DNA from: a virus
Taxonomy: Duplodnaviria > Caudoviricetes
Length of the DNA: 64,000 nucleotides
Reading direction: 5' to 3' (one strand)
IMG/VR virus record: IMGVR_UViG_3300033067_000628
Span: 9,705-73,704 of that record
Shown here: in pieces, positions 38,101 to 46,744 of the stretch
How positions within the stretch are numbered: position 1 is the first letter of the stretch
Layout: every line of letters begins with the position of its first letter
Program-made: the position numbers and the translations under genes
Notes under the pieces: generated by a model
The model's input: only the letters and a program-made list of their open reading frames with translations
The model's database searches: none
What the model was told of the DNA's origin: nothing

Positions 38101-40578
38101 TTCTGACTTCTTTAGAATGAGCTTATTCTTAATGCCCATTTCTGAAGCTGCCTTCTCATATTCTCTATAGAACATAGAAGGACCAGATCCTTCACTAGAA
38201 GGAACAGACAAGCCAGCTAAGCCAGTACGGTGACCGAATATCTTCTCAGCATAAGCTTGAGAAGTTAAAGATTCTTCACTAGATATAATATCAGAGAAGT
38301 CAAATATACTTGTACCTTCAAGTACATCTTTACCAGGATTGAGCAAGCTAACTCTTTGATTGCCATGGTAAACAGATACAGAGGTAGGCGTACCACGAGC
38401 AGCAAAGTTAAGAGTTACATTGTCATCAAAGCTAGAGAAGTCAGCGCTAGTAAGGTAAGCAGCATGATATGGCAAGCCTTTAAAAGCTTTGCCAAGATTC
38501 TTGTATTGCTCTGGGTTAATCTCAATACCAAGGCCAGGAGCTTGATATCTCTTGTTTTTATTTAGAGACTCAAGTATATCAGCATAAGGTGTATCAGTCA
38601 AATCATCAGAGCCGGCTAGAGTTTTAAATACCTTCTCTAGGGATTGCTTACTAAATGCTTTCTTTAGGTTAGTAGTAGGACGTATAACATCCTTAAACAA
38701 CTCTGCTCCACTATGCGTAAGTATAGCACCAGCATCACCAAAGAGATTTTGGTTAACACCTAAACCAGCAGATGGAATATAGGTTGATACAACTGGTATT
38801 TTGGTAATAGGATTGACAAGACCTCTACCGAGTATCTTACCTTCTGCACCTCTAGTAGCCTTAATGCCTGCTTCATAGGAGCGGAAGTCTCCCATGCTCA
38901 TGCCTACAGTTTGAACTCTGGCTTCGCCAAATCGCTCTACTCTACTAGCAGCTATACGCTGTATACGCTCAGCATCTGTAATTTCACGAGGCTTACCAAA
39001 TTGAACGCCCTTCTTGCGCATAGCAGAAGAAGTGCTGCCAGGTATTAGATGCTGTTCTATTCCTTCAAGAGGAACCGTGCCGTCTTTAGGTTTAACTAGC
39101 CAGTCATAAGGGGACACACCTTGTGCCCGCATATCTAAGGCTTGCTGTGTAGCTTTCTTATATGCTTCCCATATAGGCTCAGGGTCAGTCATATTCGAAC
39201 CAGCAAAGATAATATCTCTGATGGCATTATTACGACCAAGCATCACACCAGAGTCTATTGCCTCGTAAGACATATAGAAGCCCGGCGTCATCGCTACTTC
39301 ACCTCTAGAGCTAGGTGAGCTTAGCAGATTACTTAAAGACTTACGAGATCTATTTCTGCCAGTCTTAAGAGCTATTGGTATATTGCGCCTACCAAGACCA
39401 GAGTAAGGATCGAGTACACCCTTTTCAAATTCACTAAGTGCTATCTCGGCAGCAGGTACAACTTTATGATCAACTACCTGTTGCTTGGCAAGTCTAAGTC
39501 TATCACTGACATTAGCTGTGCCTCTTCTAAAGCCCCACTTGGTTACGTCTTCACTTACGTTCTCAGCATAGATAGGCTGGAACGAATCAAGCAAACCATG
39601 TTGACCAGCGTATATACCACCAGTCTCTGATATAGTAAACGCTAGGTTTTCACCACCAGCAGCAGACAGCTTATTGACTGTAGCTCTAAACCGTTCACCA
39701 TATTGTTCACCCCAGAAGTTCTTAACTCTACTAATGAACTCTTCAGGGCTAGCACCAGCTCTGGTGCCAGAAAGATAATAAGACTTAGAGTCCTTGCTGA
39801 TACCTTTGAGAATAGTACTGATACCAAATGGATCAGACTTAGATCCAACTGTATCCGCTAGTACATCAAGACCCGTGACGCCTGCTCTGTTAAGGATCTG
39901 TTTGAACTCAGGAAGTCTTCCTTCAGAAGCAGCCTTCTCATATGTAGCTTCGAAGACACCTTGTATCTGCTGAGCAACATTAAGTTCAGTAACGGGCTTG
40001 CCAAGTCTTTGGAATGACCTATTAAGGAAGTCAACAGTAGTGCCAGGCTTAGCTGTCTTACCTACGAGACCTACTATATCTTCAAGCTTAGTACTTGGTA
40101 CTAGATCATTAAGGTCTGTAAAGAAAGCTCTAGACAAAGACTTAACATCAACGAAGCCAGCTTCATCAGCCCTGAACGCACTAGGGCCAGGACCTTCTCT
40201 AAAGGTAAAGCCCTTAGTCTTGGCAGCGTTCCAAGACAAGATAGCATTGCTTGTATCTGGGGAGTTCATACCCCAGCGCTTGGCTAGATAGTTTACAACC
40301 TTAGGATCTCCAATGAGACCTTGATCAAGCATACCTTTGCTTGCTCTAAGAGGTTCATCACCAGTCTTCTTAAGAGTTGAGAATGGTAATCTATATAGCT
40401 CAGAGGTTTGTAAGGTAGCACCAAGTGCTAGTTGGTCTCCAACCTTATCACTCTCAGCAGCTAGACCAGGAGTATGTGGTAAATGAACGAAGCCCAGCTT
40501 AACAGTCTTTTGACGATTGAGCAAAGAACCGAAAAGGTCCTTCATCATTTGCTCTCTAAACTGCAGCGGCTCTTCCAT
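35191..40578 (-). CDS. Single-chain two-barrel (DPBB) RNA polymerase-like protein, probably virion-associated, 1795 aa
   Basis: Collinear beta'-like motifs: GKSGGFLKKNVL (aa 1151), VGISENMARQAF (G1200), LDKFLAGEPIWGVAYPNPTH (Y1242), RALVGSFLTWRMHRDNDKD (D1293-D1297, nt 36688-36702). Upstream beta-like motifs: NLFGDAGAIL (D615) and YHGNQRVSLLNPGKD (H738). Confidence 0.72.
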   Translation of the reverse strand: MEEPLQFREQMMKDLFGSLLNRQKTVKLGFVHLPHTPGLAAESDKVGDQLALGATLQTSELYRLPFSTLKKTGDEPLRASKGMLDQGLIGDPKVVNYLAKRWGMNSPDTSNAILSWNAAKTKGFTFREGPGPSAFRADEAGFVDVKSLSRAFFTDLNDLVPSTKLEDIVGLVGKTAKPGTTVDFLNRSFQRLGKPVTELNVAQQIQGVFEATYEKAASEGRLPEFKQILNRAGVTGLDVLADTVGSKSDPFGISTILKGISKDSKSYYLSGTRAGASPEEFISRVKNFWGEQYGERFRATVNKLSAAGGENLAFTISETGGIYAGQHGLLDSFQPIYAENVSEDVTKWGFRRGTANVSDRLRLAKQQVVDHKVVPAAEIALSEFEKGVLDPYSGLGRRNIPIALKTGRNRSRKSLSNLLSSPSSRGEVAMTPGFYMSYEAIDSGVMLGRNNAIRDIIFAGSNMTDPEPIWEAYKKATQQALDMRAQGVSPYDWLVKPKDGTVPLEGIEQHLIPGSTSSAMRKKGVQFGKPREITDAERIQRIAASRVERFGEARVQTVGMSMGDFRSYEAGIKATRGAEGKILGRGLVNPITKIPVVSTYIPSAGLGVNQNLFGDAGAILTHSGAELFKDVIRPTTNLKKAFSKQSLEKVFKTLAGSDDLTDTPYADILESLNKNKRYQAPGLGIEINPEQYKNLGKAFKGLPYHAAYLTSADFSSFDDNVTLNFAARGTPTSVSVYHGNQRVSLLNPGKDVLEGTSIFDFSDIISSEESLTSQAYAEKIFGHRTGLAGLSVPSSEGSGPSMFYREYEKAASEMGIKNKLILKKSEDGLEYLIPNTPYEDMDFIPEFEKVSDVALKKMGFTSRQIKGYTTDSPSEKGMASLLGYSDSGITPGARTFIDSLWERAAETDDIMRQQNAFRVRLDLIKRYGSGMESLTGIKPKDNPIFMRMASWWQNKTGFNIDKDFFDTGFITSNSLSVAKDSHFRMITAPLLGDDAVKATGLPVLSRKEAMETFGDLSTSMDLTRGTFLEEQLSNSKLFSSRNRPQHLQKGFYIDLGEEVHVPLLGKVKEPGMPENAAKVKYLPVPAIGKNFAPSLQNLTPGLPKSIGSDTLEYKTLGAISALGNEPGEKGTVKGTLEQYVQGVYREYARTGKSGGFLKKNVLSSASMPGGMRVRPMPKGMTVSEAMESASNLTEKDFTVGISENMARQAFSKMPNRSGYTEKAAQETLDKFLAGEPIWGVAYPNPTHGGGHVNVVKMVFDPMAEDQVTKTGINALHEPRALVGSFLTWRMHRDNDKDTIELMMDPKKYGEADDAAMHEFFQAQIKGASAEYQSYQKELQAAAEKSGKDMLLTDFMKEQKLSHQNTMEYAMKFFSFGKIPAVSYMVEYPTFGFSHELMSDAHPKTIADNLNKLLKNKGNFKKRPIGQSFTESDILKYQKILSDGGIDKKVLMRNVSLFQHNILQAPIQKGGDLAEMLVKDYLGVGYRVKQQIDKLGDAYTPEMAVEEATSSARRFFTKMNEVGKLRYYGPKVATPEQAIETMSQQVGRIYGAMAHMRASIFTPEGLKNASSFPDIYRRATSGPGDLEKITEMFQHEGIDPAKLLKGDSRVSMQDQIAKANEAVKAKAAQVEGKAAEVTSEVAGKSKQWFKKNWKLVAGVGAAVVGLRALSSMFTSDELDRPSLKSSNAFRMRSTTLPPEPMVTQENDNSYINPINMRPPTVRVASPGASYTQTNASYASVNTQDIRDEIATSVYAPNYGSITIQDDRTYRNGWVQDRLASAYENSDFTHPDMGDLY

Positions 40579-40585
40579 TTATAAC

Positions 40586-43500
40586 CTATCTTAAAGCATC
40601 CTGGTAGAACATAAATCTATTGTTTTTCCGTTGATCTGAGTAATGACCTTCATACCAGTCAATACTTTGATCACTACCTCTTTGAGAGAATTTAGTAGCT
40701 GACCCAAATGGGTTCTTAGTATTAAACATTGCCTCTAGATTTAGTCTTACGCTAGCAGCTGTAGGATCAGTTATAGACACAGCGGGACTGGTAAGGCCCG
40801 GGAACCTCAGGTCAGCCTCTCTCGCTTGTCCTGGGTAATAGCCGAACCTGTGGAGGTTATCTGATACACCATTGATACCACCCTGTATGGCTTTGATTCT
40901 AATAGCTGTATCAGGGACAGAAGGATTCCAGCCCATCCAATCTTCTGCTGGTAGGCTGTGCTCCTTAAAATAATCAAGTGTAGTTTGGTCTGCTACCATC
41001 TGTGCATTAGTACCGGTATCACCAGCATTGTTTTGCCACACTGCCGATAAGACTTGCTTCATTCTGTCAGGCACTACAGCAAGGATCTTCTGTCTCTTAT
41101 CGGCAGGAGCATTAACGAACTCATCATAGAATGGTCTATCGTATCTATTGAGTGTAGCTTTGTATCTAGTGTCATCACCAGTAGCCTGGAACTGAGCTAA
41201 GCCATAGACCTGAGTTCTCTTTGCTTCTCTAGAATAGATCATAGCAAGCTTCATGTTGCCTTGCTTCTCCGCCATATCTTGTAGAGATCTATCCTTTACA
41301 TACTTCAAGTAATCAAAGTAATCCTCTGTCTCACGTTCCTTCTTGACATGCTCAGGAACAAATCCATGCTCTAGTGTACCAGTAGACACTGCTCTAGCAG
41401 TAGACCCTGCAAGACCTATCAATCCAAAGACAGCAGTTGTAGATGCAGGGTTATCCTTTAATGCAGGGAATGGACTTAAGAAGCTAGCAAAGTTACTAGT
41501 GGCAATACTACCAATAGCTAATGCCTTGGTGGTTGCCGTTAATGGGTCTTGGCCAATAACATCATAGAAGGCAGGACGTACAATGCTTTCGTATGGATTA
41601 TCCCAGTCAGCATATGTCTCACCCTCAACTCTATTCTTGACATAAACTCTATATGGATCTGTGAATGGGAATAGCTTAGATCCAAGTATTGGCTTCTCTG
41701 ATAAGAAGCCTTGAGTTACTTTGTTCCATCCAGTTCGGACTGTAGTAGTGAAAGCGTTTTCGTTTGCTCTAGCAGCTTGTTCTTGTGAGCTAGGTGTATA
41801 GCTCTTGAAGTTAAACTCATTCTCTTTAGCAGCTCTTTGCTCTGTAGCCTGTGCTACCTTACTCTTCCAGTAAGGAGACAAGTCCATCTGATTTACCTTT
41901 TGCTGATAAGCAAAGTATGCAGATGAATAAGGAGCTACGTCAGATAGAATTAAGAATCTATCTACGTCACTATATACTCCAGTTATACCAGACTCTAGCC
42001 TGTTAACTGATTCATATCCAGCACCAGGGAGTCTATACTCACCACCAGGTATCTTAGTATAGCTATCACCTTTAGTGAAGTCAGTAAAGTATGTTCTATC
42101 AGCTTCAAACTCAGAAGCACTACCAGGTAACCAAGTGGGTTGCGTATTACGTATAGGGTTAATCTGTTGATTGATCTTAGATGCAACACCATAGTCTGAT
42201 AAGATAAAGCGTCTTAGGAATTCAGTCTCACCAAGCAAACCACCTAAGTTCATATCATAGAATGATCTACTATAGCTTGCCATGTTAGTGGCATCTGCCA
42301 TCTTATAGCCTTGATCAAACTTGATACCGAATAAACCTAATGCATACTTCCAGACACCCGACGGTTCTAGTGCTACGTTAGTCCACTTATCTACTCTGTC
42401 TCTAATGTTATCTGGTCTATTATATGGTACTAAAGACTTAGGGACATCAGAGATACCAAGCTCTTTTGCAGCTGTTATTGGTATACTTTTATCAGCTATA
42501 TTAGAAGCAACAACTGCATCAGTTTGTTCTTCTATATGCATCTGCTTAGTTGGCTTAATAATTTCACCAATCGTATCTGCTAGAACAGGTCCAAAGATAG
42601 GGACCTCTTCAAACATCTTAGCAGTTACAGGATATGGTCTATCGTAATAAGTCTTACGCTCTAATGCATATGGGTCAACAACATTACGTAAGCCGAACCA
42701 GTTACTGAAGTTAGGAAGCATAGAGCCATACTTCCAATAGCCTTCTTCAGAACCATAGAGGTTTGTATTATATGGCTGTGCCTTAAGTTTAGCATACCAG
42801 CTAGGCTCATAGTGATCTATAGCTCCACCTTCGAAAGGTTGATAACCTAATGTCCACCATCTACTTTTTTTGATAGGGACCTTATCCTCACCAGAGTATT
42901 CTCTTTTGAGAGATTCAGAAGACTGTCCTGGTTGTGGACCACCAACAGCAGCATATATAGAAGCTGCAAAGGCAAGACCTTTGCCGACTTTGCCAGTCTT
43001 CTCCCAAGCACCTAGTGCTTTAACACCAGCAGCAATAGTACCAACTACACCAACACTAAGTCCTGGTGTAAGATCATTCTCAACATAATCAACAGCTTTG
43101 GTAATACCAAGAGATTCACGAACCTTCTGTTGACCTACTCTTAGATTAACATAAGCATCAGCAGCTAACTCAGATGGTTTCTCTCCTATTACTTTGCCAG
43201 CAAGATAGTCAGTATACTTGACTGCTTCTGTGCCAAGCATGTATGCTGTTGGTATAGCAGCTACACGTAAGGTATTAGCTAATAGGTTACCAGATGGTTT
43301 AAATCCTATCCCTAACAAGCTAGCACTGGCTAGCTTATTGAGACGGATCATCATATAGTTAGTAAAGTCGTATGCCTTATCTAGATTAGATGCACTAGCA
43401 GCATAATGCTTAGGACGTATATTAAAGTCCTTATCGCCAGTGATTGTAATACCAGTAGGACCATCAGATGGCAATCGCTTACCAGCAGTAGTCTCAAGGC

Positions 43501-44992
43501 TTTGAATACCACCTCTGCCGAAGCCAGCATATAGATCGCTCTTATCGATCTTACCTTCAACACCGGCACCCTTGTTTACAAGAACAGCATCTTCATTAGT
43601 GCCAGTGTAAAGCTGGAATCTGTTCCACCATCCACGTAGACCTTTAAAAGGTCCAGTCTTAGGTGTAAGCTCACTAATGTCAATTATCCCTTGACCCGAG
43701 TAACTACCTTTGGTTATCTCTTTACCAGAGTCTAATACAGTCTCAGGTATTACAGGAGATAAGATACGACTATAGAATGAGTCGTGGGTATACTTATAGT
43801 TCCTAGCATATACCTCAGCGTCACCTCTACCAACAGCACCAGAGTTCTTAATACCCTGTAAGACAGTCTGTATAAATCCACCACGCTTCTCGTGGAACTT
43901 AGGACCTACACCAGTCTCGTCTTGTAGAGTTTGGAACCATGTCTTATCAGGAACAGGTTCGCCCTCTTTAGGTTCTCTAACCTTAGGAGGTTCTTCTCTT
44001 AGCTTAGCTGCAACGAATCTAGCATCATTAACTTCGCCAAGCGTTTTGCCTGTTGCTATCTTCTCTACATTAGTACCAAGAGATTTGTATACATCTCCAC
44101 CAATGAATATCTTCTGTGCAGCAGTACCAGACTCAACACCAAGAGAGGCGACCTTTCTTGGATTCTCAAAGAAAGATTTAGCTGTACTTAATAGGCCAAA
44201 CGGGTTAAAGGTTTGAGATACAGTATCAAGGAAATCATATGGCCTTGTTATTCTAGTATCTATTAATCTGCCATCTTTAGCCTTGAATAGCTTAGAGTCA
44301 ACTATTTGATCAGTCTTAACAAGACCTTGATCAAGAGCTCTTTGTACGATACCAATCTCAAGACCACCACTCTTAACAGGGCCTGCAGCTCTGCTAATGA
44401 AGTCACCTTGTCTAGCTATTAACTCACCAAAGGTAAGAGGAGTTAAGTCCTTCTGTAAGAAGCCTAAGCCCGCTTGCTCTGGGTTACTGCGATATAGCTT
44501 ATCAAGATTACCCTTAAATAGTCTTTCAAGGTTAGGCCTATTAGTAGCATTACGTGGATCGTATATAAAGCTTAGAGCAGAACCTAAGTCTTGTATACTA
44601 GAATAGCTATCGAGTCTAGCAGAACCCTGGGCCGTTTGTATTACAGCTCCACCAGAGTCTTTAGGCAATGACAGTAGCCTATAAAGACCATCTGCTATCT
44701 CAGGCTCTATGTTTGCTTTAGACCCTTGCTTACTGAGACTACCTAAGAATCTAGCCCCAGATCCAGCTAGCTCTGAGAGTTCACCAAATAGGTTTCTATT
44801 AAATTGCTTGCCTAGTATCTGTGCGCCAATGGCAATGACACCAAGCTTAGCCATCCATTCAGAATCTCTTCTGTTGGATTCTTCTACTGACTTTTGATAT
44901 ACCTGTTCGCTATTGTCACGACTAAACGAAGACGGTGCTATATACCGTTCTGGTAAAGGGCGTGACTGTTCACGATCTGGTATATCAGTCAT
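40586..44992 (-). CDS. Tape-measure-like / ejected internal virion protein, 1468 aa
   Basis: Directly follows two tail assembly chaperones. Long and largely helical, with several Gly/Ala-rich hydrophobic segments (e.g. GLSVGVVGTIAAGVKALGAW). No enzymatic motif recognised. Confidence 0.6.
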   Translation of the reverse strand: MTDIPDREQSRPLPERYIAPSSFSRDNSEQVYQKSVEESNRRDSEWMAKLGVIAIGAQILGKQFNRNLFGELSELAGSGARFLGSLSKQGSKANIEPEIADGLYRLLSLPKDSGGAVIQTAQGSARLDSYSSIQDLGSALSFIYDPRNATNRPNLERLFKGNLDKLYRSNPEQAGLGFLQKDLTPLTFGELIARQGDFISRAAGPVKSGGLEIGIVQRALDQGLVKTDQIVDSKLFKAKDGRLIDTRITRPYDFLDTVSQTFNPFGLLSTAKSFFENPRKVASLGVESGTAAQKIFIGGDVYKSLGTNVEKIATGKTLGEVNDARFVAAKLREEPPKVREPKEGEPVPDKTWFQTLQDETGVGPKFHEKRGGFIQTVLQGIKNSGAVGRGDAEVYARNYKYTHDSFYSRILSPVIPETVLDSGKEITKGSYSGQGIIDISELTPKTGPFKGLRGWWNRFQLYTGTNEDAVLVNKGAGVEGKIDKSDLYAGFGRGGIQSLETTAGKRLPSDGPTGITITGDKDFNIRPKHYAASASNLDKAYDFTNYMMIRLNKLASASLLGIGFKPSGNLLANTLRVAAIPTAYMLGTEAVKYTDYLAGKVIGEKPSELAADAYVNLRVGQQKVRESLGITKAVDYVENDLTPGLSVGVVGTIAAGVKALGAWEKTGKVGKGLAFAASIYAAVGGPQPGQSSESLKREYSGEDKVPIKKSRWWTLGYQPFEGGAIDHYEPSWYAKLKAQPYNTNLYGSEEGYWKYGSMLPNFSNWFGLRNVVDPYALERKTYYDRPYPVTAKMFEEVPIFGPVLADTIGEIIKPTKQMHIEEQTDAVVASNIADKSIPITAAKELGISDVPKSLVPYNRPDNIRDRVDKWTNVALEPSGVWKYALGLFGIKFDQGYKMADATNMASYSRSFYDMNLGGLLGETEFLRRFILSDYGVASKINQQINPIRNTQPTWLPGSASEFEADRTYFTDFTKGDSYTKIPGGEYRLPGAGYESVNRLESGITGVYSDVDRFLILSDVAPYSSAYFAYQQKVNQMDLSPYWKSKVAQATEQRAAKENEFNFKSYTPSSQEQAARANENAFTTTVRTGWNKVTQGFLSEKPILGSKLFPFTDPYRVYVKNRVEGETYADWDNPYESIVRPAFYDVIGQDPLTATTKALAIGSIATSNFASFLSPFPALKDNPASTTAVFGLIGLAGSTARAVSTGTLEHGFVPEHVKKERETEDYFDYLKYVKDRSLQDMAEKQGNMKLAMIYSREAKRTQVYGLAQFQATGDDTRYKATLNRYDRPFYDEFVNAPADKRQKILAVVPDRMKQVLSAVWQNNAGDTGTNAQMVADQTTLDYFKEHSLPAEDWMGWNPSVPDTAIRIKAIQGGINGVSDNLHRFGYYPGQAREADLRFPGLTSPAVSITDPTAASVRLNLEAMFNTKNPFGSATKFSQRGSDQSIDWYEGHYSDQRKNNRFMFYQDALR

Positions 44993-45597
44993 TATATCTT
45001 ACCTATCTCATCCCAGTCTATTTGATCTGCAGACATCATATCAGTGATGTCATCAGTAGAAGACATACCAGGCGCTACTGGGTATACTTCAGGATTGATT
45101 AGCTTACCAAAGTCAATAGGCTTGCCAAGTGCTTCTTCTGCTTTAGCAAACAATTCTATCTGTTCTTCCAGTGTCATCTTCTGTACATCAGAAGGAGTAT
45201 AGGCCCTGAAGGCTGTACATATATAAATCTCTATTATAGTTTGAGCTTGTTGGGCAACTTGTCTTTTCTCTTCTAGTACCTTAAGGAAAGTTTCTGCATT
45301 TTGGAATCCAGACAATACCAGTATATGTTCTGCTATATGATCTGCATGGATTGCTTTGCTATGAGATAAGTAGTAGTCTAATCCTCTTGGTGCATCATTA
45401 TATAAGGTTGCTATTCTAATAAGAGTATCATTGATAGTCACACCATCTAGATACTTCTCTAATGATATCACTGTATTGTACTCATCAAAAGTAAGGGGCC
45501 TGACTATGAAGTCAAGGCCCTCTACTTGTATCAAATACAGAGACTTATAACCATCAGCTTTAAGGCTGATTATCTTGTCTATTGTATCTACCTTCAT
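44992..45597 (-). CDS. Tail assembly chaperone (second), 201 aa
   Basis: GLDFIVRPLTFDEY motif; acidic and helical; sits between the tube genes and the tape measure. Confidence 0.65.
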   Translation of the reverse strand: MKVDTIDKIISLKADGYKSLYLIQVEGLDFIVRPLTFDEYNTVISLEKYLDGVTINDTLIRIATLYNDAPRGLDYYLSHSKAIHADHIAEHILVLSGFQNAETFLKVLEEKRQVAQQAQTIIEIYICTAFRAYTPSDVQKMTLEEQIELFAKAEEALGKPIDFGKLINPEVYPVAPGMSSTDDITDMMSADQIDWDEIGKI

Positions 45598-45600
45598 TCA

Positions 45601-45963
45601 TTATAGCTTCACTGGTTCTGCATCAAGGCCACCGAAGCCTGAGGCTACGAGAATGGCATCACTAATTAGCTGTACGGTACCAGCGGGGAGTTTCTCTATT
45701 GGATCTGTTGAATAGATCAGGCAGACTTCAAGAAGACTCTCTATTTCTTTCTCAGCTACTTCAAGCTTAGCTTGATCATCAATAGCTTGAGCCATTGCTT
45801 CGTTACGAGCTTTAAGCAAGGTACGCCATTCAGATCGTTCTACGAATCGATAGACGAATTCCTTACCAGCTATTTTAACGTATAGCGGTTCATAGCCTTG
45901 TTCTTTGGCACCTGCTGATGCTGCTAAGGCTGCTTCACTCGGACCTTTAACTTCTGTATTCAT
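45601..45963 (-). CDS. Tail assembly chaperone (first), 120 aa
   Basis: GKEFVYRFVERSEW...LPAGTVQLISDAILVASGF. Typical size and position. Confidence 0.7.
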   Translation of the reverse strand: MNTEVKGPSEAALAASAGAKEQGYEPLYVKIAGKEFVYRFVERSEWRTLLKARNEAMAQAIDDQAKLEVAEKEIESLLEVCLIYSTDPIEKLPAGTVQLISDAILVASGFGGLDAEPVKL

Positions 45964-45964
45964 A

Positions 45965-46744
45965 TTATGGATATCTCTCTACAACTAAATCTCTTGCAAC
46001 GAATGGGTAGACTTCTAAAATAGGCTGGGAGCTGGATGACATATCGCCACCAACTCCAGCCGACGCACTTACTGTTTCGCTTTCACCAACGATAAAACAG
46101 TCTTTAAACGTTCTAATATATCCACCCACAATGTTTTGAAATCCGTACCGAACTGATAAATTGAAAAATTGAACATCAGGCTCATCGAGTACGGATCTAT
46201 AAAATTGATCGGCAGTATTTTGTCCAGTATCAGGTATACGTTCTTCAACCGGTATGCTGCCATTTATTTTCCGCATATCTGACTTGAGCTGGGATATTAA
46301 AGTGTTGACAGATCCAGCCTTGGCGTTGACACTCTTATTGACGTTGTTATTGTTTTGAGATCTAACTATCTCATTAGCCAATAGCTTAGCTTTCTCTTCT
46401 AATGATACAGAAGATATAGTTTGAAAGAACTGCAATGTTCTTTCGGTACCATCTGCTGCATTCATTCTATCGTCAACCATCTTCTTGGTTTCTTTACCAG
46501 CTATGCTAGGCTTGACTATTACGTTACGTAGATAGCCAGGATACCGATAGTTGATTATAAGGTTGCCACTTATGATCTGCTTGCCTTGAGCAACAAAGTC
46601 AAAGTTCTTACTGTCATAGCCCCAGATGGGCTGATCAGTCTTACGTCTTTGGAAGTCTACCCTATACATATCATCAATTAAGATGTCTCCTATGTAATAG
46701 GTAACACTAGCAGGCGTAGGATAGAAGCGTACATTCTGAGCCAT
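45965..46744 (-). CDS. Tail-tube-fold protein (tube initiator-like), 259 aa
   Basis: QPIWGYDSKNFDFVAQGKQIISGNLIINY parallels the tube motif APIYTMG...RSFSRGKRGIAGSLIF. Confidence 0.7.
   Translation of the reverse strand: MAQNVRFYPTPASVTYYIGDILIDDMYRVDFQRRKTDQPIWGYDSKNFDFVAQGKQIISGNLIINYRYPGYLRNVIVKPSIAGKETKKMVDDRMNAADGTERTLQFFQTISSVSLEEKAKLLANEIVRSQNNNNVNKSVNAKAGSVNTLISQLKSDMRKINGSIPVEERIPDTGQNTADQFYRSVLDEPDVQFFNLSVRYGFQNIVGGYIRTFKDCFIVGESETVSASAGVGGDMSSSSQPILEVYPFVARDLVVERYP

Noticed and set aside
45590-45620. Lambda G/GT-type programmed frameshift between the two tail chaperones
   Set aside because: No slippery heptamer at the end of the first gene. It ends TAA TGA, and the second gene has its own ATG.
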